64,000 nt of DNA from Phycisphaeraceae bacterium (lineage in GTDB: Bacteria > Planctomycetota > Phycisphaerae > Phycisphaerales > Phycisphaeraceae), in the NCBI GenBank assembly GCA_963674705.1, contig OY771506.1:2240001-2304000 (forward strand), read 5' to 3'. Position numbers and translations under genes: made by a program. Below, piece after piece: positions 37,864 through 48,139 of the stretch. The notes under the pieces are model-generated. The model was not told the DNA's origin, did not search any database, and worked only from the letters and a program-made list of their open reading frames with translations. Within the stretch, counting starts at the first letter, position 1, and every line of letters begins with the position of its first letter.

Positions 37864-37896
37864 AGGACATCTAATATAACTTATATTAGATGTCCT
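37864..37896. other. Perfect 33-bp AT-rich palindrome
   Basis: aggacatctaatataa-c-ttatattagatgtcct. Confidence 0.85.
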
Positions 37897-38022
37897 GCTT
37901 CAGGGGTGGCAAGGGCGTGAGGCAGGGGATGTTGGGATGTTCAAGGTTCAAGGTTCAATGTTCAATCGAATACCGAGCCGCCGTGGGCACACGGCGGACC
38001 GCGTCGGGGGCGACGCGGCTCT

Positions 38023-38171
38023 GCTCGGCGCGGGTCTCCTGACCCCGCCGGTATCTTTGGACCGAAGGTCTCCAAGCTCGAGAGCCAGCCCGACCGCGAC
38101 TATATTGAAAGTTCATACCATGGAGACCTTCGGTCAGCCGTTTCGGCGGGGTCGGGAGACCCGCGCCGAGC
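38023..38171. repeat. 149-bp REP/MITE-like element, copy 2
   Basis: Direct repeat of 37714-37862; perfect 15-bp inner IR gaccgaaggtctcca/tggagaccttcggtc. Confidence 0.85.
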
Positions 38172-38193
38172 GCAGTGAATGGAAGTGGTCGGG

Positions 38194-39573
38194 TTACCAG
38201 TTGGCGTGGCGGGCGGCGTGGGTGGCTCGGGCTATCTGGATGAGGTAAATCAGCAGGCCCAGCAGCAGGATACCACCGAGCCAGAGGAACAAGATCAGGT
38301 CCATGGAGATGTTGTATTGCAGACTGAAGTCCCAGAGCACACCCAGCTCGATAAGGATGATGAATAACGTCAGGTTGACGTGACAGACAAAAGCCCAGAA
38401 GACCATGAATCCGCTTTGGTAGCAGGCGGCGCGGATGGCGGCGGGCATGAGGTTTCTGCCATTGCGCCATCCCTCGAAGCAGCCGATCAGACTGGCGCCG
38501 AAGCCGGCGGTGGCGATGGTCGCGGCTACAAGCATGCCGCCGATGATCGAGCCAGCCAACATCGTGCCGTACATCATCTCTTCAAAATCGAAGTGGAAAC
38601 CTTCACGATGCCAGCTTTCAACGCATACAAGTACGATGTATATGACTGCGACGCCGAGAAACGAGCCGATCATCTGTCCGATGATGGTGTAGTTTAAGCA
38701 TCGGCGGTGGCCGAGGTCCGGGCAGAGCGTGTGCAGATTTTGGCCTAGTTTGGTGGGTTGGACACCGGAAAGGGTGGAACGCTTCAACCACCAGACCGGG
38801 CCTGCGGGTTTGTCCAAACCGGGGCGGGTGGTTGGGTCGAGTGATGGGCCGACCAGGTTCCCGCACTCAGGACAGGATTGATCGGGGCGGAGCCCAAGCA
38901 GTTGATAGCCGCACTTCATACAGCGGGCGGGCCAGCGTGACATCTCGGCGGGCGGGTCGTGCGTTAATGCCCGCAGGATGATCCACAACTGCCAGAGTCC
39001 CAAGCTGGTAAGTAACAGGAAACGACAGGCTTCGATCCGTTGATACCACTCCCAGCCAAGCCCATCTTGAAACTCTTCAGACAGCACGACAAGGATACTT
39101 GCGATCAGAAGGAGCACTGCGGCGTGAGGTGTTAACAGAAGCAAACGCTTGAGTGCACGCACGTAGCTGAAGCGGATTTTTTCATCCCGGGCGGAGAAAC
39201 CCATGAACATTGCCGCGGCAATGAGCCAGTCCACCTCGATAAACAGCCAGATCATGATGGTCAGCGCCCAGGCGAAGGGGTGGCTGAACTCGCGCATCAA
39301 GTTCGCAAAAGGAGCATGCATAACAAGGCCGAGGCTCTGGGGGGATGAGAAGAAGTAGTCGTAGTTGGCCACTACGTTTGCAACAAATAGAGCAAGTAAA
39401 CACATCACCAATCCGAACAGGTGCACCGCCCAGGCTTTGATCAGCGGCATATCATCGGCCCGTTTGACCGTCCTGACAGGCAGGAATAATCCCCACAGGC
39501 AGGCCTGGGTGACGGTGAAACATGTTTCAGGTTTATGATGAATACTTCCCACGGGTTGTCCGAATAGCTGCAT
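38194..39573 (-). CDS. Multi-pass membrane protein with a central zinc ribbon
   Basis: CMKCGYQLLGL...CPECG between two TM bundles. Confidence 0.7.
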   Translation of the reverse strand: MQLFGQPVGSIHHKPETCFTVTQACLWGLFLPVRTVKRADDMPLIKAWAVHLFGLVMCLLALFVANVVANYDYFFSSPQSLGLVMHAPFANLMREFSHPFAWALTIMIWLFIEVDWLIAAAMFMGFSARDEKIRFSYVRALKRLLLLTPHAAVLLLIASILVVLSEEFQDGLGWEWYQRIEACRFLLLTSLGLWQLWIILRALTHDPPAEMSRWPARCMKCGYQLLGLRPDQSCPECGNLVGPSLDPTTRPGLDKPAGPVWWLKRSTLSGVQPTKLGQNLHTLCPDLGHRRCLNYTIIGQMIGSFLGVAVIYIVLVCVESWHREGFHFDFEEMMYGTMLAGSIIGGMLVAATIATAGFGASLIGCFEGWRNGRNLMPAAIRAACYQSGFMVFWAFVCHVNLTLFIILIELGVLWDFSLQYNISMDLILFLWLGGILLLGLLIYLIQIARATHAARHANW

Positions 39574-39682
39574 TTATTAGCGGTGTCGGGGTTTACTGTA
39601 CCAGATGTCGGGCCGGGGTCGTTGCGGAGTCGGGCGGTTTTGCTACCCTTGCAGGGCTGAATCCGACCTTGGAGATTTGCCC

Positions 39683-40825
39683 ATGCCCGACCGCGTAGAA
39701 GTAGCACGCCAGGCCGCACAAGGCCTGCGAAAACTCGCCGAATCCGCCGACCAGACGCCGGTGCTTATCGGTTTTGACGGATTCGTCGACTCGATCATCC
39801 AGATTGTGGATAAACGCACGAGCGTTGAGTCATACGAGCCGATCGGCACGATTGATCAGTTCGGCAAGCGGGTTTGTGCCGCGGCAGGCCATAGCTCGAA
39901 CTTCGAGATGGTCACGACGCTCGAAAAGCTGGGCGGCAACGGCCCGATCATGGCCAACGCGATGGCGACGGCGGGCGTGAACGTGACATACATCGGCGCT
40001 CTAGGGTTGCCGGAGTTGCACCACGTGTTCCAACCGCTGGCCGCCAAAGCGGATATCCATTCCGTGGCGAACCCGGGCCTGACCGATTGCCTTGAGTTCG
40101 ACGATGGCAAGCTGCTGATGGGCAAGTACGCGCACCTGATCGATCTGGACTACCAGGCGGTGGAGAACACGATCGGGGCGGAGACGTTCAAGCAGATCGT
40201 CAAGCGCAGCAAGCTGATCGGCATGGTCAACTGGACGATGCTGACGCGGCTGCAGACGATCTGGGAGCAGATGGCGGATGTGACCTTGCCGCAGATCGGC
40301 GGGGAGCGTCGGCTGGTATTTGTCGATTTATGCGATCCCGCGAAGCGCACGGATTCGGACCTGGATAGCGCTCTGAAGGTGCTTAGCCGAATGGACAAGC
40401 ACGCGGACGTGATCCTGGGTTTGAACCTGAGCGAATCGAGCCAGGTGGCGCGCGTGATGGGGATCGAGATCGATGGCGATCACGAAGCGGCGATCGAATC
40501 AACCAGCGCGCGGATCCGCGAGCAGTTGGATATCTATTGCGTCGTGATCCACCCTCGCAAATCCGCGGCCGGGACATTGCGGACGGCAAGCGGCACGGAG
40601 TCCGGCCGGTACGTCGGGCCTTTCACGCAGAAACCCAAACTCTCGACCGGCGCCGGCGACAACTTCAACGCGGGTTTCTGCTTGGGTCAGCTTGCGGGAT
40701 TGAACGTCCTGCAAAGCCTATGCTGCGGCACGCACACATCCGGTTTCTATGTCAGGAACGCGCACAGCCCGAGCCTGGAAGAGCTGGCCGCGTTTTTGGA
40801 TAACCCGCCGGCGGCGGAGGATTGA
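39683..40825 (+). CDS. PfkB-family carbohydrate kinase-like protein
   Basis: GFDGFVD, KLGGNGPIMANA, STGAGDNFNAGF; GGAG SD before ATG 39683. Confidence 0.8.
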   Translation: MPDRVEVARQAAQGLRKLAESADQTPVLIGFDGFVDSIIQIVDKRTSVESYEPIGTIDQFGKRVCAAAGHSSNFEMVTTLEKLGGNGPIMANAMATAGVNVTYIGALGLPELHHVFQPLAAKADIHSVANPGLTDCLEFDDGKLLMGKYAHLIDLDYQAVENTIGAETFKQIVKRSKLIGMVNWTMLTRLQTIWEQMADVTLPQIGGERRLVFVDLCDPAKRTDSDLDSALKVLSRMDKHADVILGLNLSESSQVARVMGIEIDGDHEAAIESTSARIREQLDIYCVVIHPRKSAAGTLRTASGTESGRYVGPFTQKPKLSTGAGDNFNAGFCLGQLAGLNVLQSLCCGTHTSGFYVRNAHSPSLEELAAFLDNPPAAED

Positions 40826-40838
40826 TTGCCAGTAAAGA

Positions 40839-42446
40839 TCACCGTTCAAAGGCGAATGCCGAATCACGCTTGGCTGCGCGCGTGGCGAGGAAGAGGGCGA
40901 TGACGGCGAGGATTATCATCAGCATGAAGAACGGCAGAAAGTCTCTGCTCAGCCAGCGATCGATACCGATCTCTTCACGAGAACTAAGTGCCATGCCGAT
41001 TGATAACCAATGAAGTTTCGCTTCAATAATCGGAGGCAAGATAACAGCCATCACGATACCTCCGGTCATGATGCCTGCATAGATAGTGTGTCTTAGCAGG
41101 CAGGCCATCCAGACGGCAACGCTGTAGATCATCCAGTACAAGGTGGGCATGACACCCAGGTAGGCATCGCCTGGCAGGTATGCGACGTGGCCGGCAAGTA
41201 TTTGAGCAAGCAGCCAAGGCAACAGCATGGTCAGTTCGACAATCACCAAGCCGACGAGGTACTTGCTCCAGAACCATAAACGTGGATCGATCGGACGGGA
41301 CCGCCAGAACGTGAGTATCGCCTGTTGATAGTCACCGACGAAAGTGCCGACACCCACCACCATTGCCAGCACCACCCCGATTCTGGTGCTCCATTCTTCT
41401 ACCCAGACCGCGAGCCGTCCGGTCAGACCACTGGCGGGAAAATTATCAAAGACACAAAGAAAGTACACGAATATAACGAGCAGCGATAAGCTCAAAATGA
41501 TCATCGGGAAAGAATCGCGACACTGTTTCCATGCAATGGCAGTGAAAGGAGAACGTAGTGGTTTCGCAAGTTGGATAGGGGGATCGAGATTGGTTGATAC
41601 TGATGGCGAATGGTTATCCAAGCGTGACATGCTTGCATAACGCAGCAAAGTGTAAGTTATGAGAAGTGTGGCGACAGCTATCTGCGCACCTATTGTTAAA
41701 CGAAGTTGGTCATAGTGAATATTACAGGCGACAATAGGTCCAACGGGACTTAAAGCCATCATCGCGGATGTCAGGTGTTCTCTGAATTCCCACATGTTCT
41801 GGTGAAACTCAGGGACTATTGGCGCCAAATGAAATACAACCTGTTCCATGATCCAATCAAGTACGATCGGCAGGATTGCGAGCGGGATAATCACGCCGAT
41901 TCCCCATAGCCCTGCTCGTAACTCGGTCCGTTGTCGCAAGCCCACGGCAACCGTCCAGAGATAAACATTACAGCCTATGCAGATGGAAGCTATTGTTAAT
42001 GCAAGCATTTCTTGCTTATCAACACCGCCTATATCGCTGTCCAGCTTTAGCCAGTATTTGTCGATCTCGTAACCCATCCGGCTTAACTGATAAATGATCA
42101 GAAGCCAGATGGTGTAGATTCCAAGTACCAACACGATCGGGATCAACCAGGCGGCGGCGCCGAGGAGTAAACGGATTGCGGCTGCTTTGTATAGGCGAAC
42201 TGGCAGCGAGCGCAGCAGCTCGAGTGTTCCACCGGCTCTTTCGCCCGCGGCGACACCCATGGCGATGAACAACGCACCCACTAGTGAAAACACGATCGTG
42301 AGCCAAAGTGACACAACGTCTGCCTCGGACGGCTCAAAGATCAATGTGAACAAAATCACCGATAACCCGATCGCGCACAACGATGCGCAACGCCACTTCT
42401 GTTCGTGATACTCCTTGATAATCAGGCTGCGTATCGGGCCGCTCAT
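40839..42446 (-). CDS. ABC-2 type permease-like membrane protein (two repeated halves)
   Basis: LIIKEY..., GERAGGTLELLRSLPV and IAWKQCR..., FWRSRPIDP repeats; follows an ABC ATPase. Confidence 0.72.
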   Translation of the reverse strand: MSGPIRSLIIKEYHEQKWRCASLCAIGLSVILFTLIFEPSEADVVSLWLTIVFSLVGALFIAMGVAAGERAGGTLELLRSLPVRLYKAAAIRLLLGAAAWLIPIVLVLGIYTIWLLIIYQLSRMGYEIDKYWLKLDSDIGGVDKQEMLALTIASICIGCNVYLWTVAVGLRQRTELRAGLWGIGVIIPLAILPIVLDWIMEQVVFHLAPIVPEFHQNMWEFREHLTSAMMALSPVGPIVACNIHYDQLRLTIGAQIAVATLLITYTLLRYASMSRLDNHSPSVSTNLDPPIQLAKPLRSPFTAIAWKQCRDSFPMIILSLSLLVIFVYFLCVFDNFPASGLTGRLAVWVEEWSTRIGVVLAMVVGVGTFVGDYQQAILTFWRSRPIDPRLWFWSKYLVGLVIVELTMLLPWLLAQILAGHVAYLPGDAYLGVMPTLYWMIYSVAVWMACLLRHTIYAGIMTGGIVMAVILPPIIEAKLHWLSIGMALSSREEIGIDRWLSRDFLPFFMLMIILAVIALFLATRAAKRDSAFAFER

Positions 42447-42526
42447 GGGTTCTTCCCGGGGAGGTGTGTATTTTGTGCGTTTAGCGGGGCAGTTTTACTG
42501 CCCCATACCGGCAGCTTGCTGGCGGG

Positions 42527-43429
42527 CTAAACGGGGGTGGGTTCCGCCGCATTGGTGTTCCCGGCGACATAGGCTTCGAAGATTTCATCAAGATTCAGGT
42601 CGACGACGCGGTGTTGGGTGCCGGCGTGGCGCAGTTGTTCGATGTAAGGCTCGGGATTTTCGAGTGTGACGACCGCTTCGCCGTTGTTTCGGACAAGGTC
42701 GAGGATGTTGGGCGGGGTTTGTTGTTCGTTGTAGGTGTCGCGTGGCAGGACGATGCGCTTGACCTGTTCGCGCAGCGATTCGGTTGGGGCGTGCTTGATG
42801 ATCTTGCCGTCGTGCAGGATCGCGACCGTGTCGGCGATGGGTTCGACTTCGTACAGCAGGTGCGAGCTGTAGAAGATCGTTCTGCCTTCAGCTTGCAGGT
42901 GCGTGATCAGGTCGCGGTTAAATTGCTTACGCATGATCGGATCGAGCCCGAGGGCCGGGTCGTCGAGGATGACCAGTTCCGGGCGGTGCGCCAGCGCGAG
43001 CAGCAAGCCGAGGCGGACGTTTTGCCCTTTCGAGAGGGTGCGGATTTTGCTTTTTGCCGGCAGGTCGAACTGCTTGAGGTATCGGCTAGCAAGGTCGTGG
43101 TCCCATGTGCTGTAGAAGGGGGCGATGAAGCGGATGAGTTGTTCGACGCGCATCCAGCCGTACATCTGCTGGTCCTCGGCGAGGTAGCCGACCCGTCCCC
43201 GGACGGGGATCGGATCGACCTGCGGGTCCATGTTCAGGACATTGATGTTGCCGTGCGTGGGTTTGAGCAGACCCAGGAGCATGCGGATGGTAGTGGTTTT
43301 GCCCGCGGCGTTTCGGCCGAGAAACGCGAAGGTCTCACCCTGGTTGACGGTCAGGTCGACCTGCTTGAGCACCTGGTGGCTGCCGAAGGTCTTACCGACG
43401 TTGGAAAGTTGGATGGCGGGGGTGGTCAT
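42527..43429 (-). CDS. ABC transporter ATP-binding protein
   Basis: GRNAAGKTT, LSKGQ, ILDDPALGLDP, SSHLL. Confidence 0.9.
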   Translation of the reverse strand: MTTPAIQLSNVGKTFGSHQVLKQVDLTVNQGETFAFLGRNAAGKTTTIRMLLGLLKPTHGNINVLNMDPQVDPIPVRGRVGYLAEDQQMYGWMRVEQLIRFIAPFYSTWDHDLASRYLKQFDLPAKSKIRTLSKGQNVRLGLLLALAHRPELVILDDPALGLDPIMRKQFNRDLITHLQAEGRTIFYSSHLLYEVEPIADTVAILHDGKIIKHAPTESLREQVKRIVLPRDTYNEQQTPPNILDLVRNNGEAVVTLENPEPYIEQLRHAGTQHRVVDLNLDEIFEAYVAGNTNAAEPTPV

Positions 43430-43845
43430 GGCGTTGTCTCCGTCGATTCCGCGGCGGAAGGGTCACGTGTTTGTGACTGGATCACGGTTTCAAGCAGTTC
43501 ATGCAGAGCCTCGGCATTGAGCCCGAGCATCAGGCCTCGGCGGACGAGTTGAGCGAGTTCATCGTTGAGTTGCCGGCGTTGATTGTCGAGTTGAGCGGAA
43601 GCGGTGGGTTTGCTGCTGACGTACGTGCCGTCGCCGTGACGTTTTTCGAGCAGTCCCTCGGCGGTCAGCCGCTCGTAAACCCGGAGGACCGTGTTGTGAT
43701 TGACCGCCAACTCACGAGCTAACTCACGTATGGAAGGCATCTTATGGCCCGCATCGACGATCCCGACCATCACCAGGGCGCGAACCTGGTCGGCGATCTG
43801 CCTGGAGATCGGCACGCTGGACGCTTTTTCAATGCGGATGAACAC
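43426..43845 (-). CDS. GntR-family (YtrA-like) transcriptional regulator
   Basis: PISRQI, MPSIRELARELAVNHNTV, GDGTYV; GTG start; overlaps the ABC gene. Confidence 0.9.
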   Translation of the reverse strand: MFIRIEKASSVPISRQIADQVRALVMVGIVDAGHKMPSIRELARELAVNHNTVLRVYERLTAEGLLEKRHGDGTYVSSKPTASAQLDNQRRQLNDELAQLVRRGLMLGLNAEALHELLETVIQSQTRDPSAAESTETTP

Positions 43846-43864
43846 GGTAGACTCCCGGGCAAAG

Positions 43865-43903
43865 TGACTACATATATATAACAGTAGTCAGTTGGGTTTG
43901 TCA
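43865..43903 (-). promoter_or_regulatory. sigma70 promoter with an overlapping GntR operator
   Basis: Minus strand TTGACA-N18-TATATA; inverted repeat TGACTAC-N12-GTAGTCA at 43865-43890. Confidence 0.7.
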
Positions 43904-44016
43904 AGACTTTTTGCCCACTTCAGGAGAGATATTCCGGGTGATCGGATGAACTTGAGATGAGTCACGCTACCGACAGATTCTCAACGCCTCTTCACGAGTG
44001 TCAGTGATGCATTAAT

Positions 44017-46530
44017 GTGAACGTGTCTGGATGCTATGATTCAGTAATTCAAGGAAGATATCCCTCGGAAGTTGCCACTTTGAGTACCGCCCCCACACAA
44101 TCTGGTTCACGACGACGCCAGCCGATAGAGATTCGGCGGGTGGATGTGTCGAAGCTGTTCGACAAGCTGCCGCCGCACGCGCTGGAGGCCGAGTGTGCGT
44201 TGCTGGGATCGTTGATCCTGGACTGGCGTGTCTGCGGCGAGGTGATCCAGATCATCAAGAGCGCGGAGGATTTGTACAAGCCCGCCCATGCCGCGATCTA
44301 TGAGACGCTGATCGAACTGTACGACCAGGTGCAGTCGATCGATATGGTCCAGCTTAAGCAACGGCTCGATGATAAAGGATTGCTGGATCAGGTCGGCGGG
44401 CTGGATTACCTGATCGAGCTGGCGGAGTCGGTACCCTCGGCGGCGAGCGCATCATATTACGCGAACATCGTGCGCGAGAAAGCGGCGCTGCGTCGGCTGA
44501 TCGAGTCGGCGGGGCAGATCCTGGATGATTGCTACAACTCATCCGAGCCGGTCGGCGACCTGCTGGATAAGGCGGAGCGTGCGATTTTCGAGATCGCGGA
44601 AAGCAAATCGAGTACCGATGCGGCCGAACTCGGCGAGCTTTTGCAGGAAACTTACGACCACCTGCAAAGCGATGAAGGCATGCGCACCGGCCTGGAGACC
44701 GGGTTCATCGAGCTGGATGAGATGACCAACGGTCTGCAGCCGGGTGAAATGATCATCGTCGCGGCTCGGCCAAGTATGGGTAAAGCGCAGCCGCTGGATG
44801 CGAAGGTGCTGACGCCGGATGGCTGGGTTGAGATGGGGGCCCTTTCGGTGGGTGATGCGTTGGCATCGGTTGATGGCGAGCCGTCTCGTGTGCAAGGGAT
44901 ATTCCCACAGGGCCAGAGACAGGTGTACCGCATCACACTTTCCGATGGTCGATCGACGGAGTGTTGTGCTGAGCATTTATGGCGGGTGCATTATCGCGGT
45001 TGGGATGAGCCGAGGGTTATCGATACGGCCCGGTTAGTGCAGATGCTGGAGCGTAAGCGCTATCAAAACCGTTTGTGGATCGAGACATTCAGCGGTGAGT
45101 TCGGTTCAGATGAGAATCTGCCGATCGATCCATGGGTGCTGGGTTGCCTGATTGGTGATGGAACACTGTCGGGAACGTCGGTCCGCTTTTCAACGAAATC
45201 GCACACGGTTTTAGAGCAGATGGCGTCGCGTTTGGATTCGGCCATGACGATCAATCCGGCCGGGGGATACGATTACCGGATTGTCAGGAACGGCGGCGCT
45301 CACTGTGCGGGTGTACAGGGGGTGCAGGCAAACCCGGTGAAAGAAGTGTTGCAGGGGCTTGGGCTCTGGGGCTGTGACGCGACACAGAAGTTTATCCCTG
45401 CTCGATTTAAAACAGCTTCCCGTTCGTCACGTGCCGCATTACTCGCAGGTTTGATGGATACGGACGGATGGGTTGAACGTTGGGGGAGTATGCGTTTCTG
45501 CACGTCCAGTGTGCAATTAGCGCACGATGTGGTCGAACTAATCCGGTCGTTGGGGGGGACGGGCTCATTTACGCGTAAACAAACCACGTATAGTTACCGC
45601 GGCAAAACGCTCAACGGGCTACCTGCTTACGTGTGTAATCTCCAGCATCCCGATGCCGGCGAGTTTGTCACGATCCCGGAAAAGCAGACAAGAATTAGTG
45701 CCAGGATAAGACAACGCCGATTGAATATTGTTTCAATTGATCCGGTTCGGATTACACAGACTCAGTGCATCGCTGTCAGCCATCCGTCAAGGCTGTATGT
45801 GACCGATGACTTCATCGTTACGCACAATACGGCCTTCGCTTTGAACATCGCTGAACACATGGCGGCGACGACGCGGCAGCCTTGTGCGGTGTTCAGCCTG
45901 GAAATGTCGCGCCAGCAGTTGGCGCAGCGTCTGTTGTGCTCGCGGTCGGGCGTGGATTCGCACAAGCTGCGGCGGAACATGCTCAACCAGGATGACTTCG
46001 GCAAGCTCGCGCTGACGGTGGGTGAATTGTCCGAGGCGCCGCTCTACATCGACGACACGCCGGGGCTGTCGCTGTTGAGTCTGCGCGCCAAGTCGAGGCG
46101 TTTGGCGGCACGGCACGGGATCAAGGCGATCTTTATCGACTATCTGCAGTTGATGAGCGCGCCGGGATCGGAAAGCAGGCAACAGGAAGTCTCGAACCTG
46201 AGTCGAGGGATCAAGGCGCTGGCGCGTGAATTGAGTGTGCCGGTGGTTTGTCTGAGCCAGTTGAACCGTGCGGCCGAGCAGCGTGAAGGGCATCGACCGC
46301 GAATGAGCGACCTGCGTGAATCAGGTTCGATCGAGCAAGATGCGGACGTGGTGATGATGCTGCACCGCGAGGATTACTTCCACCGTGGTGAAGAGGATTA
46401 CGAAGACACGAACACCGCTGAGATCATCCTGGCTAAACAGCGTAACGGCCCGACGGGCACGGTGAGACTGCACTTCCACGGTTCCACGACCCGCTTCCAC
46501 AACCTGGCGACGCAACCGGGCGGGTATTGA
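44017..46530 (+). CDS. dnaB: Replicative DNA helicase, intein-containing
   Basis: [17 protein letters not shown]|intein|[46 protein letters not shown]; the true start may be TTG 44080. Confidence 0.96.
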   Translation: MNVSGCYDSVIQGRYPSEVATLSTAPTQSGSRRRQPIEIRRVDVSKLFDKLPPHALEAECALLGSLILDWRVCGEVIQIIKSAEDLYKPAHAAIYETLIELYDQVQSIDMVQLKQRLDDKGLLDQVGGLDYLIELAESVPSAASASYYANIVREKAALRRLIESAGQILDDCYNSSEPVGDLLDKAERAIFEIAESKSSTDAAELGELLQETYDHLQSDEGMRTGLETGFIELDEMTNGLQPGEMIIVAARPSMGKAQPLDAKVLTPDGWVEMGALSVGDALASVDGEPSRVQGIFPQGQRQVYRITLSDGRSTECCAEHLWRVHYRGWDEPRVIDTARLVQMLERKRYQNRLWIETFSGEFGSDENLPIDPWVLGCLIGDGTLSGTSVRFSTKSHTVLEQMASRLDSAMTINPAGGYDYRIVRNGGAHCAGVQGVQANPVKEVLQGLGLWGCDATQKFIPARFKTASRSSRAALLAGLMDTDGWVERWGSMRFCTSSVQLAHDVVELIRSLGGTGSFTRKQTTYSYRGKTLNGLPAYVCNLQHPDAGEFVTIPEKQTRISARIRQRRLNIVSIDPVRITQTQCIAVSHPSRLYVTDDFIVTHNTAFALNIAEHMAATTRQPCAVFSLEMSRQQLAQRLLCSRSGVDSHKLRRNMLNQDDFGKLALTVGELSEAPLYIDDTPGLSLLSLRAKSRRLAARHGIKAIFIDYLQLMSAPGSESRQQEVSNLSRGIKALARELSVPVVCLSQLNRAAEQREGHRPRMSDLRESGSIEQDADVVMMLHREDYFHRGEEDYEDTNTAEIILAKQRNGPTGTVRLHFHGSTTRFHNLATQPGGY
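44785..45828 (+). mobile_element. Intein (348 aa) with LAGLIDADG homing endonuclease; Ala1, class 3 signature
   Basis: Starts AQPLD after P-loop GK and ends VTHN before Thr+1; EHLW (block B), TQCIAV (block F); LGCLIGDG and LAGLMDTDG motifs. Confidence 0.92.
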
Positions 46531-46715
46531 TCACATTTTTAGCCCCCGGCTTGCAGGGGGTGGCTGTGATGCGTTATTCAAGTTTAGCACGCAGGGTCGC
46601 GCGGGCTGGCAGCCCGCGGCTATTGGGGGTTCTATTGTTTGGTGAAGTGGGGGACAGTGATTGCACAATCCGTTACACTTCCGTCTCCTAACCCTGAGAC
46701 GGAGAATGTTCACCC

Positions 46716-47708
46716 ATGCTAGCTACCCCTGAATTTAAAACCGCGGTCACGGCTGTTCGTTTGGCGGCGACGGTGACGCAGGCTGTCCAGCAGAACCTCG
46801 TAACCGAAGACACGCTTCAGAAGAAAGACCGCAGCCCGGTGACGGTGGCGGACTTCGCCAGCCAGGCGGTGGTGTGCAAGGCCCTGATGGATGTCTTCCC
46901 GAACGATCCGGTGGTTGGCGAGGAGGATGCCAAGGAACTGCGTGAGCCGGGCAACGCCGCCCTATTGGAAAACGTGGTGAATCATGTGATCAAGGCCAAG
47001 GGCGCGGCATCACCTGAGACGGTATTGAGTTGGATCGATCGTGGTGGAGCCACACCGCCTGCTGACGGCTCGATGAAGCGGTACTGGACGCTGGACCCGA
47101 TCGACGGGACGAAGGGCTTTTTACGGGCTGAGCAATACGCGATCGCGCTGGCGCTGATCGAGGATGGGAAGGTCGTCTTTGGCGTGCTGGGTTGTCCGAA
47201 CCTGCCGGCGATGGATGGATCGGGCACGGGTGTGCTGATGGTCGCGGCGAAGGGTAAGGGGGCAGTCGCCCTGCCGTTGGATTCGGCATCGTTTGATGGC
47301 AAGCCGATCAAGGTCAGCGATATCACTGATCCGGCCAAGGCGCGGTTCTGCGAATCGGTCGAGAGCGGGCACTCCAGCCATGATGACGCGGCGAAGATCG
47401 CGGAATTGCTGGGTATCACCGAAGAGTCGGTCCGGATGGACAGCCAGGCGAAGTACGCGGCGGTTGCTCGTGGTGAGGCGTCGATTTATCTGCGTCTGCC
47501 GACCAGCGCCGAGTACCGCGAGAAGATCTGGGACCACGGCGGCGGTTCGATCGTGGTCGAAGAGGCCGGCGGCACGGTGACGGATGCGTTCGGCAAGCCG
47601 TTGGACTTCACGCACGGGCGTAAGCTCGAGCAGAACCGCGGGATCATCGCAACCAACGGCGCGATTCACGACAAGGTCGTGGAAGCGGTTGGGAAAGTGA
47701 TTGGTTAA
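46716..47708 (+). CDS. 3'(2'),5'-bisphosphate nucleotidase, HAL2/SAL1-type
   Basis: KKDRSPVTVADFASQ, GEED, WTLDPIDGTKGFLR, GVLGCPNL, ESVESGHS, RMDSQAKY, EKIWDH. Confidence 0.9.
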   Translation: MLATPEFKTAVTAVRLAATVTQAVQQNLVTEDTLQKKDRSPVTVADFASQAVVCKALMDVFPNDPVVGEEDAKELREPGNAALLENVVNHVIKAKGAASPETVLSWIDRGGATPPADGSMKRYWTLDPIDGTKGFLRAEQYAIALALIEDGKVVFGVLGCPNLPAMDGSGTGVLMVAAKGKGAVALPLDSASFDGKPIKVSDITDPAKARFCESVESGHSSHDDAAKIAELLGITEESVRMDSQAKYAAVARGEASIYLRLPTSAEYREKIWDHGGGSIVVEEAGGTVTDAFGKPLDFTHGRKLEQNRGIIATNGAIHDKVVEAVGKVIG

Positions 47709-47787
47709 TTTTGAAGTGTGAATGCTGAATTCTGAATAATGCAGTTATAGGACTGCTTTGTTGAGCCATTCTGATTCAGCGGTGTTA

Positions 47788-48000
47788 TCAGGCTTTGACG
47801 TCGAGTTGCGTGCCCATGTGCGGATCTGCGCTGGGCACGGTCTGCTGTTGAATTTCCGCGGCCGCCTGCAAGAGAGAGATGGCGGCATCGCCCTGTGCCC
47901 GTGCGGCGTCGAGGGTCTTGGCGGCGACGCGCATGCCGACTTCCTGGGCCAGTTGGGCCTGGCTGAGGCTGGATGCACCGCTAGCTGAGATACTGGACAT
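47788..48000 (-). CDS. YjfB-family putative motility protein
   Basis: 70 aa: QEVGMRVAAKTLD...QGDAAISLL...HMGTQLDVKA. Confidence 0.75.
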   Translation of the reverse strand: MSSISASGASSLSQAQLAQEVGMRVAAKTLDAARAQGDAAISLLQAAAEIQQQTVPSADPHMGTQLDVKA

Positions 48001-48007
48001 AGTTTTT

Positions 48008-48035
48008 ATATCGACCGATCGGCGTTTGAGGTTGA
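48008..48035 (-). promoter_or_regulatory. sigma28-like promoter of the YjfB-like gene
   Basis: Minus strand TCAA-N16-GTCGATAT ending 7 nt before the ATG. Confidence 0.55.
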
Positions 48036-48069
48036 ATGGTATCCGGTTGCCGCGTTTGGAGATGGATAG

Positions 48070-48106
48070 AAAAGAAAAAACCCCCGGGCGTTGTTGCCCG
48101 AGGGTT
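48070..48106 (-). terminator. Intrinsic terminator of the porin gene
   Basis: aaccc..cgggc/gcccg..gggtt stem with a long U-tract on the minus strand. Confidence 0.75.
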
Positions 48107-48139
48107 CGGAGTTTGTACGAGATTCTGATTGCTAGTTGC

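Noticed and set aside
37630..38190. T-box or attenuator upstream of leuS
   Set aside because: No T-box consensus (AGGGTGGNACCGCG) on the minus strand; structure explained by REP-like repeats
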